Positions 12,173-24,729 of a stretch of DNA of 48,756 bases are shown one piece after another. The DNA is from Dicyema japonicum (taxonomy: Eukaryota; Animalia; Dicyemida). The notes beneath the pieces were generated by a model. That model was not told where the DNA came from. It ran no database searches and saw only the letters and a list, made by a program, of their open reading frames with translations. The stretch is from assembly GCA_011109175.1 (NCBI GenBank), contig RDEW01000008.1:578518-627273 (forward strand), written 5' to 3'. Within the stretch, counting starts at the first letter, position 1; every line of letters starts with the position of its first letter. Both the position numbers and the translations under genes were made by a program.

Positions 12173-13075
12173 TATTTAGTAGCGATACAGAATACAAATT
12201 TAATGCTAGGAATAAATTCCTTTCATTTAGAGACTTCTTACATAATAACGATGCTTTTTTACTAATGCCTTCAGTAATTTGTTGCTTTGTCTCAGGCATT
12301 ATAAGGAAATTTGGAGTTTCGGTAACACCCAGATACTATGTCCTTCGTGTTCCTCTAAGACTCTTACTAGCTCGCTACATACTTGCGTGTTAGTCGCAGA
12401 CTTTGAATAATTCAAATCTAACCCTATAGTCTCAAAGATTTATCTAGCACAGACCCTCATGGAATAGAAATCCTAGTCTGTTCGAGCATAATAAATAGAA
12501 AGTGATTTGTACTGAAACTATCTTCCTCAAAATGAACTGATAGTTTCTCAAACATTGAGGAGGAGACTCAAAGGTCAAACAAAGAACAAAGAGCAGCGTA
12601 GATAAGCTATCCCCCTGATGGATCCGCCTCTTGAGTCTTACCTCGTCCTTCCGGAGCCTATTATAGTTCTGATGAATAATTAACCTATTCATCACAGCCA
12701 CTACAAAGCTGATGAACCACACAGGCATATACAAACTGTGCAAACACTCGACNNNNNNNNNNNNNNNNNNNNNNNNNNNNNNNNNNNNNNNNNNNNNNNN
12801 NNNNNNNNNNNNNNNNNNNNNNNNNNNNNNNNNNNNNNNNNNNNNNNGGATCCGCCTCTTGAGTCTTACCTCGTCCTTCCGGAGCCTATTATTGTTCTGA
12901 TGAATAATTAACCTATTCATCACAGCCACTACAAAGCTGATGAACCACACAGGCATATACAAACTGTGCAAACACTCGACTAGGTAAGAATGATTAACTG
13001 AATAGTAATCCTTCTTTATATCCACCAACGTAGACAAAAGTGAGTTTCCGTGAGACACATAAAGGCATTTATTGA
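12173..13075 (-). mobile_element. R4/Dong-like (RLE-type) non-LTR retrotransposon, RT fragment
   Basis: VDIKKDYYSVNHSYLVECL, LKRRIHQGDSLSTLLFVLCL, YLGV; the 3' part is an inverted paralogue of 18165-18420. Confidence 0.75.
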
Positions 13076-13439
13076 TCAAGGCATTTATGGTTCAGCCCCA
13101 ATCAGGAATCGTTTTCGTGTTAGTGATGCTTAATTAAAATTAAATATTTTGTTATAATATGTTAAATTTTCCTACTTTAATTTCGCGTTTTATTTTTTTC
13201 TCGTTGGTTGATTGTAAGCTTATTAAAATTTATAACTTTAATATTCCACTTCAAGAATAGAAAATATAATAAAGAATTTCGTGTTAGTGATGCTTAATTA
13301 AAATTAAATATTTTGTTATAATATGTTAAATTTTCCTACTTTAATTTCGCGTTTTATTTTTTTCTCGTTGGTTGATTGTAAGCTTATTAAAATTTATAAC
13401 TTTAATATTCCACTTCAAGAATAGAAAATATAATAAAGA

Positions 13440-14620
13440 ATATCTTACTTATGAATTTTGCAAGTTTAAAAACGATTCGAAGAGAGCAGAGTGGTTGATG
13501 TGCCACAAAATTAAGTCAAAAGAACATTAGTTCCATCTTAGCTCCATCACATATCGTTGTTCAGCACAAAGAATTTAAAAACAAAGATACATCTTTTTTG
13601 AAAAAATGCTTGCTGCTTTTAGTATCTCAAATGATCTTCACAAAGATGAAAAATTTAAAAGCTACTGAAATTTCCATGAAGTTGATAATAATATTTAATT
13701 TATCTGAGAGAAGTTACCTTATTGCAAAAAATGGAGAAGCTCACGCTATAGCTTAATCTTTAATAAAACCTTGTTTTAAAAAATCTGATTATTTATCTAT
13801 TCAGATACGAATCAACTGATGTTGAAAGATTATCAAAAATTTTAGTTTTTGTTCATTATTTGTTTAATAATACACAGCAAGAAATTTACTAAATTTGTAA
13901 ATTTTTCAAAAAACACAACTGGTCAAAAAAATTTCAACGCAATCAATGATTATATGATTTCTCGGGAATTGTGTTGGAAAAAATGCATTGTGTTTTCAAT
14001 GAAGGTGCTCAAGCAATGATCGAAAAGTTTGCTAAACAGTATCCCGTATAAACCATGTATCTCCACAGTGTTAAAGTTTGCTTTGTATTTTACACCGGTT
14101 TGATCTTGTTTTTATAAATATTCCATCTTCGTTAATATTGTTTATAGATAATGTTATTAAAATAATAAATTATATAAAATCACGGATGTTACAATCGATT
14201 CTATTAAATGTATTATGTGAAGAAATGTATCTAATCATCATCTCTTTTATTACATTGCCAGGTAATCGAAAAACAAAATTTTGACTCGTTTTTTTGAATT
14301 AATAGATGAACTTAATGTTTTTTTTAATCTACTCAAATGTCAATTTTTTTAATTTTTTAACGATGTCAATTGGCCGCAACAAGTAGCATATTTATCGATA
14401 TTATCAGTAAATAATTGAATTTTCTTTACTTTTACAGGGAAAAAATTTCACATTATTTGATTTCAATGACAATGTAACTGCCTTTTGAGAAAATTAGTTT
14501 TTTGGCAAACATATGTAGCAGAACATGAGCATTAATGTGTTATTGTTTTACATAATTTTATTCTAATAAGCAAACATCCGTTAAATTCTAAAGTTCACAC
14601 AGAAATCGACAATCATTTTA
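13440..14620 (+). mobile_element. hAT (Buster/Charlie, ZBED5/SCAND3-like) transposase remnant, copy 1
   Basis: SYLIAKNGEAHAIA.SLIKPC, CILHRFDLV, VIKIINYIKSR, VAYLS, LQGKN; heavily frameshifted. Confidence 0.85.
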
Positions 14621-15049
14621 AAAAATTTTACTTTTTTTAACAAAAGAAAAATTTATTAACAATAAAATATTATTTATTACTATGGGGGAGACCGGCTGCT
14701 GACATCACGGAGTAAGCTTTCCGCGGACTACTGCGATAACAATTCGTTGCCTCATCCAGACCGCTTTTCGCACGTCTTTCTTACGGTGTGCCAATCGTCT
14801 CGATTTCTACCAGTACAAAACGGTAAGGTCTCCAAATGTCCCAAANTGATCAAGGCATTTATGGTTCAGGCCCAATCAGGAATCGTTTTCGTGTTAGTGA
14901 TGCTTTATTAAAATTAAATATTTTGTTATAATATGTTAAATTTTCTTATTTTAATTTCGCGTTTTATTTTTTTCTCGTTGGTTGATTGTTAGGTTATTAA
15001 AATTTATAACTTTAATATTCCACTTCTATAAAGAAAATATAATAAAGAA

Positions 15050-16240
15050 TATCTTACTTATGGATTTTGCAAGTTTGAAAACGATTCGAAGAGAGCAGAG
15101 TGTTTGATGTGCCACAAAATTAAGTCAAAAGAACATTAGTTCCATCTTAGCTTCATCACATATAGTTGTTCAACACAAAGAATTTAAAAACAGAGATACA
15201 TCTTTTTTGAAAAAATGCTTGCTGCTTTTAGTAACTCAAATGATCTTCACAAAGATGAAAAATTTAAAATCCACTGAAATTTCCATGAAGTTGAAAATAC
15301 TTTTTAATTTATCTAAGAAAAGTTACCTTATTGCAAAAAATGGAGAAGCTCACGCTATAGCGTAATCTTTAATAAAACCTTGTCTTAAAAAATCTGATTA
15401 TTTATCTATTCAGTTAGACGAATCAACTGATGTTGAAGGATTATCAAAATTATTAGTTTTTTTTCATTATTTTTTTAATTATACACTGCAAGAAGATTAC
15501 TAAATTTGTAAATTTTTTCAAAAAACACAACTGGTCAAGAAAATTTCAACGCATTCAATGATTATATTATTTCTCGGGAATTGCGTTGGAAAAAATGCAT
15601 TGGTGTTTGCAATGAAGGTGCTCAAGCAATGATCGAAAAGTTTGCTAAACAGTATCCCGTATAAACCATGTATCTCCACAGTTTTCAAGTATGAATTGTA
15701 TTTTACACCGGTTTGATCTTGTTTTTATAAATATTCCATCCTCGTTAATATTGTTTATAGATAATGTTATAAAATAATAAATTATATAAAATCACGGCTG
15801 TTACAATCAAGTCTATAAAATGTACTATGTGAAAAAATGGATCTAATAATCATCTCTTTTATTACATAGCCAGGTAATCGAAAGGCAAAATTTTGGCTCG
15901 TTTTTTTGAATTAATAGATGAACTTAATGTTTTTTTTAATCCATTCAAATGTCAATTTTGTAAATTTTTTAACGATGTCAATTGGCTGCAACAAGTAGCA
16001 TATTTATCGATATTATCAGTAAATTAAATGAATTTTCTTTACTTTTACAGGGAAAAAATTTCACATTATTTGATTTCAATGACAATGTAACTGCCTTTTG
16101 AGAAAATTAGTTTTTTGGCAAACATGTGTAGCAGAACATGAGCATTAATGTTTTCTTGTTTTACATAATTTTATTATAATAAGCAAAACTCCGTTAAATT
16201 CTAGAGTTCAGACAGAAATCAACAATCATTTTAAAAAAAA
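15050..16240 (+). mobile_element. hAT (Buster/Charlie-like) transposase remnant, copy 2
   Basis: SIQLDESTDVEGLSKLLVF, NTTGQENF, WKKCIGVCNEGAQAM, SKGKILARFFEL, WLQQVAYLSDIISKLNE. Confidence 0.88.
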
Positions 16241-16299
16241 TTTTACTTTTTTTAACAAAAGAAAAATTTATTAACAATAAAATATTATTTATTACTATG

Positions 16300-16460
16300 G
16301 GGGAGACCGGCTGCTGACATCAAGGAGTAAGCGTTCCGCGGACTACTGCGATAACAATTCGTTGCCTCATCCAGACCGCTTCCCGCACGTCTTTCTTACG
16401 GTGGGCCAATCGTCTCGATTTCTACCAGTACAAAACGGTAAGGTCTCCAAATGTGCCAAA
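16300..16460 (-). mobile_element. 3' end of a CRE-like element (also at 14685-14845)
   Basis: RFVLVEIETIGP and WMRQRIVIAVVRG match the CRE C-terminus (F.P.AVET.GP ... L.QRISIA.QRGN). Confidence 0.55.
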
Positions 16461-16729
16461 TTTTTTAATCTTGATTTTATCAGCCAGATCGATTACCGAT
16501 CAAGCAGACCGCACCAAGCTGAGTATCATCGAGTTCGAGAAAGAATCCACAACAGTGCAGTTCCTTACGATCGATTTTCCCTCAGTGAAGGAAAAGATGA
16601 TTACCCATCTGGTCTTTACAAAACTGTTTATAAAATTCCATTTTTTACCTTTTCATCGGCCTGCCGAAATTATGGTCTCAGATTTGCAGTCCATCGGGAC
16701 CTGATTCACTGTGTTACAAAAGTTTGGGC

Positions 16730-16900
16730 AGCATCTAGCATTAAAATAGATATGGCAAACGACCTAAACGAGCTAAGAGAACTAGCGCCAAACAGAGGAT
16801 CATGGTTAAGACTGACGGATAGAATGATTAAGAATACGTCACAATGGAAACTTTATTAATTTAATGTTTTCTCAGGAATGCATTTTAATAATAATAATTG
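16730..16900 (+). mobile_element. 3' terminus of an RTE-like LINE
   Basis: DLNELRELAPNRGSWLRLTDRMI resembles the end of the RTE at 28736 (DLSSLRHLASDRRGWERLIKRI); followed by (TAA)n. Confidence 0.5.
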
Positions 16901-17079
16901 AAATAGTTTTGCGGTTTTACGTCGCCTAGGCGTATTAACGGCCATATTGATATAGGTGGATAGTTCACAACTTGAAATCGTTGTCAACCGGTTTAATAAT
17001 TAATAAAATTATGGTAGATTTAATCTTTATATCGGAAAATAATAATTTATAAAAATAGAAAAAATTATATTATTAATTA

Positions 17080-17800
17080 GTAAAAACATGCAACGTTGGT
17101 TCGATTCGGTTGCGTTCGAACTCTCAAGAGTTGGTAAAAATGTTGAAAAGAAAAAGGAAAAGGGTCACTTGAGTTACCAGATGGTATGAATATAATTCTT
17201 GGCATATACGAGATTGTTGTGGCAGCTGACCCAAAAGAATGGGCGATACAGGTAGTCCTCAAATGCGTATAAAGCTATCCTGAATGCCTTAAAATGGTTG
17301 GCCATATATTGCGGAGCTCTGCAGTAGCCGATTCAGTACTGGTCTCTCTGTTAGTGAACTCAAGAAAATGGCTCAAGGCAATGAGGATACTAGTCTAAAG
17401 GGGTGGGGAACAGATGACCACAACTGTCAAAGAAAGAACGAGCACCAGAGCTGTGATACGTTGGAGCTCAAGCATGTTGATGAGGTATTTGCGTGGAATC
17501 TAGCTGCTGCGGCAGATGCCCACTTGATGACCGTATATTTACCCGCAGATCCCTCATTGTAAGGTGAACGGAGTAGTGTCAACCTGCATCAATAAGGCAG
17601 TGGCCTATGCGTTGTAGGCTAATCCAGTAGGTTCACTGTTGCCATCTCCCTAGTGCTGTATGCAACACAGATCACCTATGTGGAATGGACGGACAAGCCC
17701 TGACCACCCAGTAAATAGAAGGAGCAGATCTGTGCCATAATTGCTTGGAGACTGACTGAGCTGGAAGCTGTGGAGGGGCACATAAGTAGTGTGGCAATTT
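17080..17800 (+). mobile_element. Degenerate repeat, possible LINE ORF1 (gag-like); inverted paralogue at 37305-37810
   Basis: Clear nucleotide paralogy; Cys/His remnants CNTDHLCG..CHNC..CGGAH; the other copy lies directly upstream of an RT fragment. Confidence 0.4.
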
Positions 17801-17869
17801 GGGGTTAGAGAAAAAGTACCTTCTAATTAGTAAAGGGGCTAATTAGTAAACTCCGTGTTCACAAATTGG

Positions 17870-18920
17870 ACCTCAAAGTGTTGAGGAGGGAAAAAGTGGA
17901 GTTAGAGGTGCAATCATGGTGTATAAGAGTAAACTCTAACACATGAAAGTCGGTGTAAGAGAAGTAGAGAAAATAATCTGTTTGAGTTTTATCGCAGATT
18001 GTATGGCCATAGTGCATGTTCCCAACAGGACGCGAAAATGCTCTCCACATGGATTAGAATGTAGGAGGCTAAACCACGCAGAGGAAATGCGTGGAATATC
18101 AAGTACAGCGTCCTTTTTTCTTGAAGGAATCTGAGGCGCTCTATTGCATGGGGGTCTGAATCAGGCATTTTTTGAGAGTATAAGACTAGATTTGAATTAT
18201 TCAAAGTCTGCGACTTACACGCAAGTATGTAGCGAGTTATCAAGAATTTTAGAGGTACACGAGTGATATAAGTGTCTGGGTGTTATCGTAACTTCAAATC
18301 CCTTATAATGCCTGAGACAAAAGACAAATTACTGAAGGTATCCGTTAAAGAGCAGCGTTATTTTATAAGAGGTCTCTAAATGCAAGAGATTTGTTCCTAG
18401 CATTAAATGAATATGTTGTCTCGCAGCTATATTATTACATAGGTGTTGTCGAGTTTGATCCGAGAGAGCATGATCAGATGGATGTTATGATCCGTGTACT
18501 ACTTAGAGAGTATCATGTACATGTACTGGCAGCCAATACGGAGAGACTGTATATACCCCGTGATAATTTTGGCCGTGGACTCTGTGGAGTAATCCAACTA
18601 AGTGAGCGTATCCTAATGCGAATGCACGTCACCCTGATAGCTGGGTCAAGTGTGTTTGCTAGGAATCATGACATAATAACGACCTAGAAAACACCGACAA
18701 CCGACCTATGAACTATTAGACCTTTTTTGTCTGCTAAGTATGGTGTTGATGATGGAGGGCTTGTTAATATGAAGGCGTTAATCGAATTACAATATAATAA
18801 TTTGATGGAATAGATCAACTTAAATAGCCTTCATAAGGTCCTTTTCAGTCCATTGGACAACCCACATGTAGACCTTAAGTAGTCGACAATCTTGCAAAAA
18901 TAAGGTGACGACATACCTCG
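17870..18920 (+). mobile_element. R4/Dong-like non-LTR retrotransposon, RT C-terminus/thumb fragment
   Basis: YKCLGV, LFLALNEYVVSQLYYYIGVVEF, ANTERLYIPRDNFGRGL (conserved ERLY.PR..GRGL motif of RLE-type elements). Confidence 0.8.
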
Positions 18921-18926
18921 ATACCT

Positions 18927-20410
18927 CTTATGAGCTTTCCATTTCTGGTTATTTGATTGTAACTTCTTAGCAGTTTAGAGAGGGAAAATTTAGGACTCTC
19001 CAACTCTCTAGGTTTTTGTTTTCATGTAAATAAAAATGAGAAATAATTTTTGATGAGGAAACTTGTAAGTTTCACATTATTTAAATCAAAATTTTCAGGG
19101 AATATAGAAATGTCTATTAGAAAAATTCAACCTCTCTCATCAACTACCATATATTCATTCGATGTTCCTTAATTTCTTTTTTTCATGGGAATTTGATAAT
19201 TTTGGTTAATTATATAATTAGATTTGATATATTGGAAAAACTCCTCAAAAGCGTTAAGATTGCATAATTTTGGTGGATGAGTTATGTAAAATTACAAATG
19301 ACGAAATAAAGATCATTGCAAAATCTTTTTTTTAGAGAATGTTTCAATTTTGAATGTTTCATGTGAGATTAAAATTTTAAATACAATAAAACATAAAGTT
19401 ACATGGCTCAAAGATAATAATTATATTGGTCTTGGGTTGAAATTTTTAGATAATTCTACAAAATATTTCCTTTTTGATCAGGGAATTATTATAAATAACA
19501 TCACAAAACAATACCAGGGATTCTATTCCGATTAATTTGATTTGACTTTAAGAAAAACTTTAATGTTGATATGTTTATTAGTGTTATTGGTTTTTATAAT
19601 TATAATTTTCTGCATTGAAAGTTTATTTTGAGTCAACAAACATTGAAAGATGCATCGAAGACATTAACAGTATCTTCTCGTACACTGCGGATTTGAATGT
19701 CGCATCATAAGTTTAAACAATTTTTTGTTATTGAAAATTTATTAAATAAGTACTGATGGAAAAAAGTTGAAAGTTTATTTTGAGTCAACAAACATTGAAA
19801 GATGCATCGAAGACATTAACAGTATCTTCTCGTACACTGCGGATTTGAATGTCGCATCATAAGTTTAAACAATTTTTTGTTATTGAAAATTTATTAAATA
19901 AGTACTGATGGAAAAAAGTACTGCATAACATTATATACTACACGAAAGAATGTCGAGTTGGATTGAGGTGAATTTTTTTACAAACGGGGGGCATACAACA
20001 TTTTTTACAAACGGGGGGCATACAATATGACAGCTTCTAATGAAATAGTACACGCATGTTTCAAAATCAATTCATATATATTTAAAGCAAGATAATACAA
20101 AACTACATTTGTTAAGATTATTCTTTGATTTAAATTTATTAAAATTAGCCTTTTGATTTACTTTTTATTTTTATATTAAACTTTTCAACGGAGCATTTTG
20201 CAATTTAGTAAAACAACTCTGATAACTGTAGTTTGGATCTGTTGGATATAGTTTTGTGCAATTTTCACTGCAAGCAATTGGAATCTTTTTTTGTCACATC
20301 TAATCGATCGAATAATCTGTAAAGTCGGTTGAAAGTTTCTGTGCTTTTTTCGTAATGATTAGCTCTCTCATGTCCATTGCCAGATTGAAACTTAAAGTGA
20401 TTCAAATTTC
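18927..20410 (+). pseudogene. Immunoglobulin-superfamily protein pseudogene, copy 2
   Basis: LNVSCEIKILNTIKHKVTWLKDNNY..KYFLFDQGIIINNITKQYQGFYS; inverted paralogue of 7980-9515; has stops and frameshifts. Confidence 0.65.
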
Positions 20411-21789
20411 CATAATAAAATCTTACTTTTGATCGACTTATAAAATAATGATAAAATGATTAAATTTGTAAAACAACAGTTTTGAGTTACTTACGAAAAT
20501 TCAGTGGTTGCTAACTGTTTTTTGTCTTTAATTGCTTAATATTGTAACGTTTATTTTAGCATAACCATAAAATAATGATAAAATGATTAAATTTGTAAAA
20601 CAACAGTTTTGAGTTACTTACGAAAATTCAGTGGTTGCTAACTGTTTTTTGTCTTTAATTGCTTAATATTGTAACGTTTATTTTAGCATAACCATAATGA
20701 CATGCGAAATAAACTCCTACTGCACTGGCTAAATAACGTACCTGCATATTTGCAAGGCTTTTGATTGTTTGTGGTATAGTGCTATACTAAAACACTTTCG
20801 ACGGGTATACAGAATTATCTGTATCAAAGTTTTACGTGAAAGAATATTCTTTTGTGAATAACGCACTATGAAAATATTTTCTTAAAAAGAGAAGGTTTTC
20901 AAGAATTCGTCAGGAAAAACTTATTTTCAATATCTGTATGCCGAACTTTTCGCATCCTAAACAAGTCAATAAATACATTATTGATGCTGACGATGTTATC
21001 GTCTAAAATATGTCAAATAAACCTGCACTTTAAATACATGAACTGTGTTGACTCTTGGTATATAATAAAGATCGGAACTTGACTAAAAAATCCATTTAGA
21101 TTGTACACTAAAAGTGTGCACCCGCATTCTAAACAAGTCAATAAATACATTATTGATGCTGACGATGTTATCGTCTAAAATATGTCAAATAAACCTGCAC
21201 TTTAAATAAATGAACTGTGTTGACTCTTGGTAAATAATAAAGATCGGAACTTGACTAAAAAATCCATTTAGATTGTACACTAAAAGTGTGCACCCAATTT
21301 GTTATTTTGACATTTTACTCAAGAGTGACTATAGTGAAGATATTTAAATTAGGAGAAACCATTTCTGGCGATGTCTACAAAAGCTTAAGATTTGATTAAA
21401 TACTATTTTGTGTGTGACTTTATAGANAAATCCATTTAGATTGTACACTAAAAGTGTGCACCCAATTTGTTATTTTGACATTTTACTCAAGTGTGACTAT
21501 AGTGAAGATATTTAAATTAGGAGAAACCATTTTTGGCGATGTCTACAAAAGCTTAAGATTTGATTAAATACTATTTTGTGTGTGACTTTATAGAAAACGT
21601 TTTAATATGAATTGAAACCAAAGAATAAAAAGGGATATCCGAATTAACATGACTTACTGTATAAACAGAATAATTTCATATGGGCTTTCTGTTGTCCATA
21701 ATTTACTCTCCCCAAAGTTTATCTTATTTTAATACAAAAATAATACAATAAATTAATCCAAATACAAAATACGAAAAATTAGAATGTAA

Positions 21790-22800
21790 AGACACACCAT
21801 TCTTGTGTTAACGAATAAATCTCTTATGTAAAAGATTAAAACCCTTTTCATTTGGTCCATATTGTGCCCAATTGGGGGTCAAAGCAAGTGTCGAATTGTC
21901 ATGGCCTCCTTCAGTCTTTCGGCAGTAACTCCTGGAACACCGCGGTAAGATTTGATCATTTGTCGGTGTTTGTCGACGATCCGTTAGACAATATCTTCAG
22001 GTTCGTTTATTTCCCACTTCCAATCTGCCCCCGTTGGATTATTATGATGTCTAAAATAGATTTAGTCATAAACCGCCAGCAAAAAACGCATTTGTTAGTA
22101 CAAGCCAGTCCTGAGTCGCCTCCATGCACTGAGACTTCCAATTCCGTAAAAGGAGTGTTTATATTACCCATAACGATCACTCAACATTGACTAAATACTT
22201 AAAATAACCAGATACCTTAGTCCATCGACGAGGCTTGACTCCACTGTGACTATCAACTAGTTTATAACCCTGCTTTTGAAGATTTTTATTTATTTGCGGA
22301 GTCAACATCTTAGGTTTGTCACCATTATGTTTCACAACCCCGACTAAATCCTCGATATCTACGACCTCACCACCTTCTTTAGTAGCATCACCTGTATTTT
22401 TGTACTAATATTATTATTTACAGATAACTTTGGTCTTCACTTCACAAACTCCAATATTATTCAATTTGGAAATAAAATTTATGCATGAATAAATAGAACG
22501 TTCAGCTTTATCCAAATCTTTCATATCTATGGTTTCATATCTATGACAAATTCTCCTCAATCCGAAAAGGTGTAGCGAATTTTCCACTTTAAGAAATTCA
22601 AACTGAACAAAATTTATCACCGAATGACGAGTCGCCTAATCCAATGACCACGTAATAGAGTGTCTTGCATATATTCTTGGAAAACTAAAGTCCAAAGCAG
22701 AATCTTCTAACGATTTGTAAAACCAGGTCGCAGTTGAAGCACCTCAGTATCCTCATATGTGAGAATTATCATTATAATCTGTGAATATGAACGCTATCAC
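21790..22800 (-). pseudogene. TYW1: TYW1 (wybutosine biosynthesis radical-SAM/flavodoxin enzyme) pseudogene with internal deletion
   Basis: Flavodoxin part WFYKSLEDSALDF / YVVIGLGDSSF; MLTPQINKNLQKQGYKLVDSHSGVKPRRWTK|SML; YKHSFYGI; CMEAT; LACTNKCVFCWR|HHNNP; MIKSYRGVPGVTAERLKEAMTIRH; then directly the C-terminal PNWAQYGPNEKGF. Has stops, frameshifts and mini-introns. Confidence 0.9.
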
Positions 22801-22879
22801 TAATAAAAAACTGCTACCTATAATTTGAACTATGACTCGGGATTCCACTCACTCAATTCTTCAATATAATTTTATTGTT

Positions 22880-23440
22880 CAATAATTTTTTGTCAACCCG
22901 TAGGGTCAAAGGATTAGACGAACTCGAACAGACCTATATCTTTTTTTTGTGCATCTAAAAATCATAGAAAACGTCATTGAACATATTAAACCTTATCCTT
23001 CATTGTAACTTTCCAACACGGGCTAAATTTATATGAATATATGTTTATGGCTTTGTTGTTATTCAAGTTAGGATCACCTAAATCCAATTCAAAATAGAAG
23101 GCACTCAAGAATCACGAGTCAGTGATTCTATAACATGTCTGCTGATAATTTACTATAACGGTTAGTCGGATGTCAAGTCCTGTTAATCGATAATTATTGT
23201 CAAAGCGGATTTAGAAAAGTAGAGATAACCGCTGATATCTTTTAAAATCATCGCTGGCTTATGACTAAATGCCAATTCACAGAAAAATGATTTACATTGT
23301 CGAGTTGACTTTTCGAAAACTTTCAATACTGTTATTCAATAAAAAACTTCTGCTTATTTTCGAAGACATTATCTACAAAAACTACCGATGGATGATATAA
23401 TCTTTTGTTGATTTTTTCATCTTTCGAATAGGAGATATAG
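22880..23440 (+). mobile_element. LINE RT fragments
   Basis: KPVGSKD..SNRPISFFCA, FQHG, VDFSKTFNTV; highly degenerate. Confidence 0.45.
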
Positions 23441-23529
23441 AGTAATCCTTACTGAATCGGGAGCTTAACATTGAAATACAACATGTCAATTACTCCAGAC
23501 AACTGAAAGTTTTCCAATATACTATTAAT

Positions 23530-24410
23530 CATGAAGTATGGGAGATTTAGGGATTCTGTTTTCTTTTAAGATCGATGTCTTTTATATAAAAACTCAACTT
23601 TAGTAGTGTGACCGATCAATTATCATTTTCCTAAGATGGATGTAATCATAAGGAACTCTGATTGTGAATTTAACTCTGTTGACGTTTATTGTACGATGTG
23701 TGGATTACCATTGGAGGAATGTATTTAAAGACTCTTATTAATTGATTGGACAGTATTGGCCAGTTTTTTATTGACTATCCGAAATCTATTTTTGTTGGAG
23801 ATCTTAATTTTAAACATGTTGCTTTTGGATGTGGTAAGACCTATTAAAATGGACAAAGATTGATACATTATTCAGACTCTCTTGGCTTCGATGTTTTGAC
23901 ATCCAAGGAACCAAATCATTATTCGTACACAGGTGGTGATAAATAATAATAATTAAGCACTACCGCGTTGACATAAGCACGTAAGATGCCTAGGGTTTCG
24001 CTCGTGCAGAACACACACTTTATTTAAGTAAAGAACAGTTGTTATAACTAATCGTAGAAGGAGAACCAAGGAATGCTATTCACTTCTTTGTTTTTTTTTT
24101 CTTGTGTGGATGTCATTTTGACTATCCAGTTCCGTAGTGAATCTCCACTGAAGACGGCGTCACTCGTCAAGCCCTTTCCGCATTGTAGATGCGTAGAACC
24201 TTTTACCAGGTGATCATCAGCAAGAATCGAACCCGTGATCTAAGCGACTTTAGCCCGACACCTTACCACTATCCACCCGGCTGGTAGTGATAAACTTTTT
24301 TTCTGATGATATCACCTCTTTTGCGCATGTGGATACTCATATTATTCGAGATATCGGAAGCGACCATATTCCCCAAGTCTTGTTAGTTAATTTAAAATCG
24401 TCCATGTATT
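23530..24410 (+). mobile_element. LINE AP-endonuclease remnant interrupted by a SINE
   Basis: IFVGDLNFKHVAFGC..NGQRL..EPNHYSYTGGDK [SINE] ..DIGSDHIP (GDLN and SDH motifs). Confidence 0.75.
23944..24282 (-). mobile_element. Full-length tRNA-derived SINE with 12-bp target-site duplication
   Basis: Head AGCCGGGTGGATAGTGGTAAGG (A-box-like) ... GGGTTCGATTC (B-box); core; A-rich linker; (TTA)n tail. Flanks GGTGGTGATAAA (23932-23943) and GGTAGTGATAAA (24283-24294). Confidence 0.85.
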
Positions 24411-24729
24411 GGGGATTAAATAAAATTTTATACTAACATGTCAATTGGAGTCATTACAGGGCTTTCATATTATTTTTTGTGATAAAAATTTGCAATGTAG
24501 TTAAATGGGTGTTTTTTTTGATTAATAGACACTCCTCCACAACATCTCTCACAAAGTCACTAAAAAAGTAAAATATCGTACTCGTAATTATATTCTCAGT
24601 GAATATAATTCTCTCAGTGCTCGAAATGAGAGTGAGCACTCACATCAAGTATTTTTTTTCACTACCTCTTTTGCAAACTTCATCATTCTTGGATAGTCTC
24701 TCCTTCCGCTTTGCTTTAAAGAAGTATTC

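Larger units (their letters stand above)
13072..16460 (+). repeat. ~1.6-1.8 kb direct tandem duplication (13072-14845 / 14847-16460) joined at a single n
   Basis: Both units begin TGATCAAGGCATTTATGGTTCAG and end GGTAAGGTCTCCAAATGT, with scattered substitutions. Possibly uncollapsed haplotypes. Confidence 0.9.

Noticed and set aside
17077-17262. Helitron/PIF1 helicase fragment (PRIIFIPS..PFPF)
   Set aside because: No following FP+RLAFAMTINKSQGQ motif; the opposite strand is the better-conserved frame in the paralogue.
24210-24282. Functional tRNA gene
   Set aside because: Has A/B-box-like motifs but no convincing acceptor stem. It continues into a repeated core with a TSD, so it is a SINE head.
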